NCBI GenBank assembly: GCA_011109175.1
Contig: RDEW01000044.1
Location: 367,667 to 431,666 of the forward strand
Reading direction: 5' to 3'
DNA from: Dicyema japonicum
Taxonomy: Eukaryota; Animalia; Dicyemida
DNA: 64,000 nt
Every line of letters begins with the position of its first letter. Within the stretch, counting starts at the first letter, position 1. A program made the position numbers and the translations under genes. A model generated the notes under the pieces. The model was not told the DNA's origin and made no database searches. It was given only the letters and a program-made list of their open reading frames with translations. Below, piece by piece: positions 62,731-64,000 of this stretch.

Positions 62731-64000
62731 AAGTAACCAACTAATTAAGTGTATTCAGTTTCCACTTCTACAGAAACAGAGTCCACCCGGAATCAGCATA
62801 AAAGGTAAGACGTCTATTACATGCAGTTGTGGAAACCCCTCCAGTGGAGTGAAGAAGAGCAAATGATTCTTTTTCGTGCCGGTCAGGCACGTTGCTGCTA
62901 TTTTAGTAGTTAGTACAGTGTACTACAGTAATTTTTAAACTTGGAAGAAAAAACCAAAGAGTTTAATGCTGCCGAGTCTGTGCGGGTGTTTGAGTTTTCC
63001 TCTTCATTCAAAGTCTTTGAGTGCACTAATGCCTTGGGAAGGAGTTCNACGTTGCTGCTATTTTAGTAGTTAGTACAGTGTACTACAGTAATTTTTAAAC
63101 TTGGAAGAAAAAACCAAAGAGTTTAATGCTGCCGAGTCTGTGCGGGTGTTTGAGTCTTCCTCTTCATTCAAAGTCTTTGAGTGCACTGGTGTTTTGGGAA
63201 GGAGTTCGAGGGAACTGGTCCTGTCATTTGGCAATTTCGAATCTCTATCATTGAGCGACAAATTAGCTTCATATCAGTCGAAGATTCCATTTAGAGATAT
63301 GATCATGGAAAGTAGCGAACAAAACACACTATCATCATAAAAAACATCCAGGATCCCAACAAAGCCTACGGGACCGATGTGGTAGAAGTCATTCAGCTTA
63401 GCTTTGACGGGGTTAGTGAGATTAAGGTTGTTTTACTAGTAAAGTCAGAGATTTGGCTACCTTAATAAGATCTGTTCCAGTCTGAAGGACAATAGTGAGG
63501 AAGCTCTGCTAAAATCCCAGAATCACTTGATCTTGTGGAAACTGACCATTTCGGGACCCTCCCTGAACCAGAATTTAAAGAATGTATCGATTATATGGAC
63601 ATAAACGTTACCCTTATTCTAAAATGGAAGGATTCCATCGAGGATGTAGCTTTTCTTTCGGAATCGTTAGGGGACAGTCGCAGGATGAGCTTGTGAGACA
63701 AACAAGTTATTAGCATTGTGGAATCACTTATCTCCAACAATGACTGCAACGATATTTTTAGTGCCTTGGGAGTCTCCCATCGAATAAGTGGTGGAATTAT
63801 GTCTTTTTTGCGTGTGAATGTGTTTCATGTTGAGGAGTGTTTCGTTTGTGGGGTCATATGAAAGATATAATAATTTTTGTGTCCCTTGATTGAGTTTGGG
63901 GGATCTTGCCTCGTAAACGGGACTATTATCCTCACGGACAAACGACTCTTAATATTTGAGATACTTAAAACGTAGTAGTTTATAATATGCAGTAACCCCC

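Noticed and set aside
62889-63207. 159-bp tandem duplication
   Set aside because: The two copies meet exactly at the N at 63048, so this is most likely a scaffold-join overlap of two haplotypes.

Overview
AT-rich eukaryotic genomic DNA with no prokaryotic features and two scaffold Ns (2208, 63048). GT-AG introns of 22-28 nt in real genes, plus a PRD-class homeobox gene, suggest an animal with miniature introns, such as a dicyemid or myxozoan (inference only). The recognisable host genes are a K50 PRD-class homeobox gene (about 5.75-6.59 kb), two tandem GT31/C1GALT1-like galactosyltransferases (36.45-37.38 and 39.50-40.45 kb), one intact tRNA-Asn(GTT) and one half copy, an RRM pseudogene, and a degenerate multi-copy family of small intron-containing genes. 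Most of the rest is transposon debris. About 20 fragments belong to CRE-clade (RT plus restriction-like endonuclease) non-LTR retrotransposons from several subfamilies. There are also RTE, Jockey/CR1-like and R4/Dong-like LINE pieces, hAT (Buster/Charlie), Merlin and integrase remnants, and several local segmental duplications. The most notable observations are: a head-to-head double CRE insertion sharing one target-site duplication; CRE 5' ends carrying a PHD finger; candidate 14- and 17-nt introns; and a tRNA-locus fragment inserted inside a CRE. Coordinates of degenerate elements are approximate, and family calls come from motif recognition by eye, not database searches.
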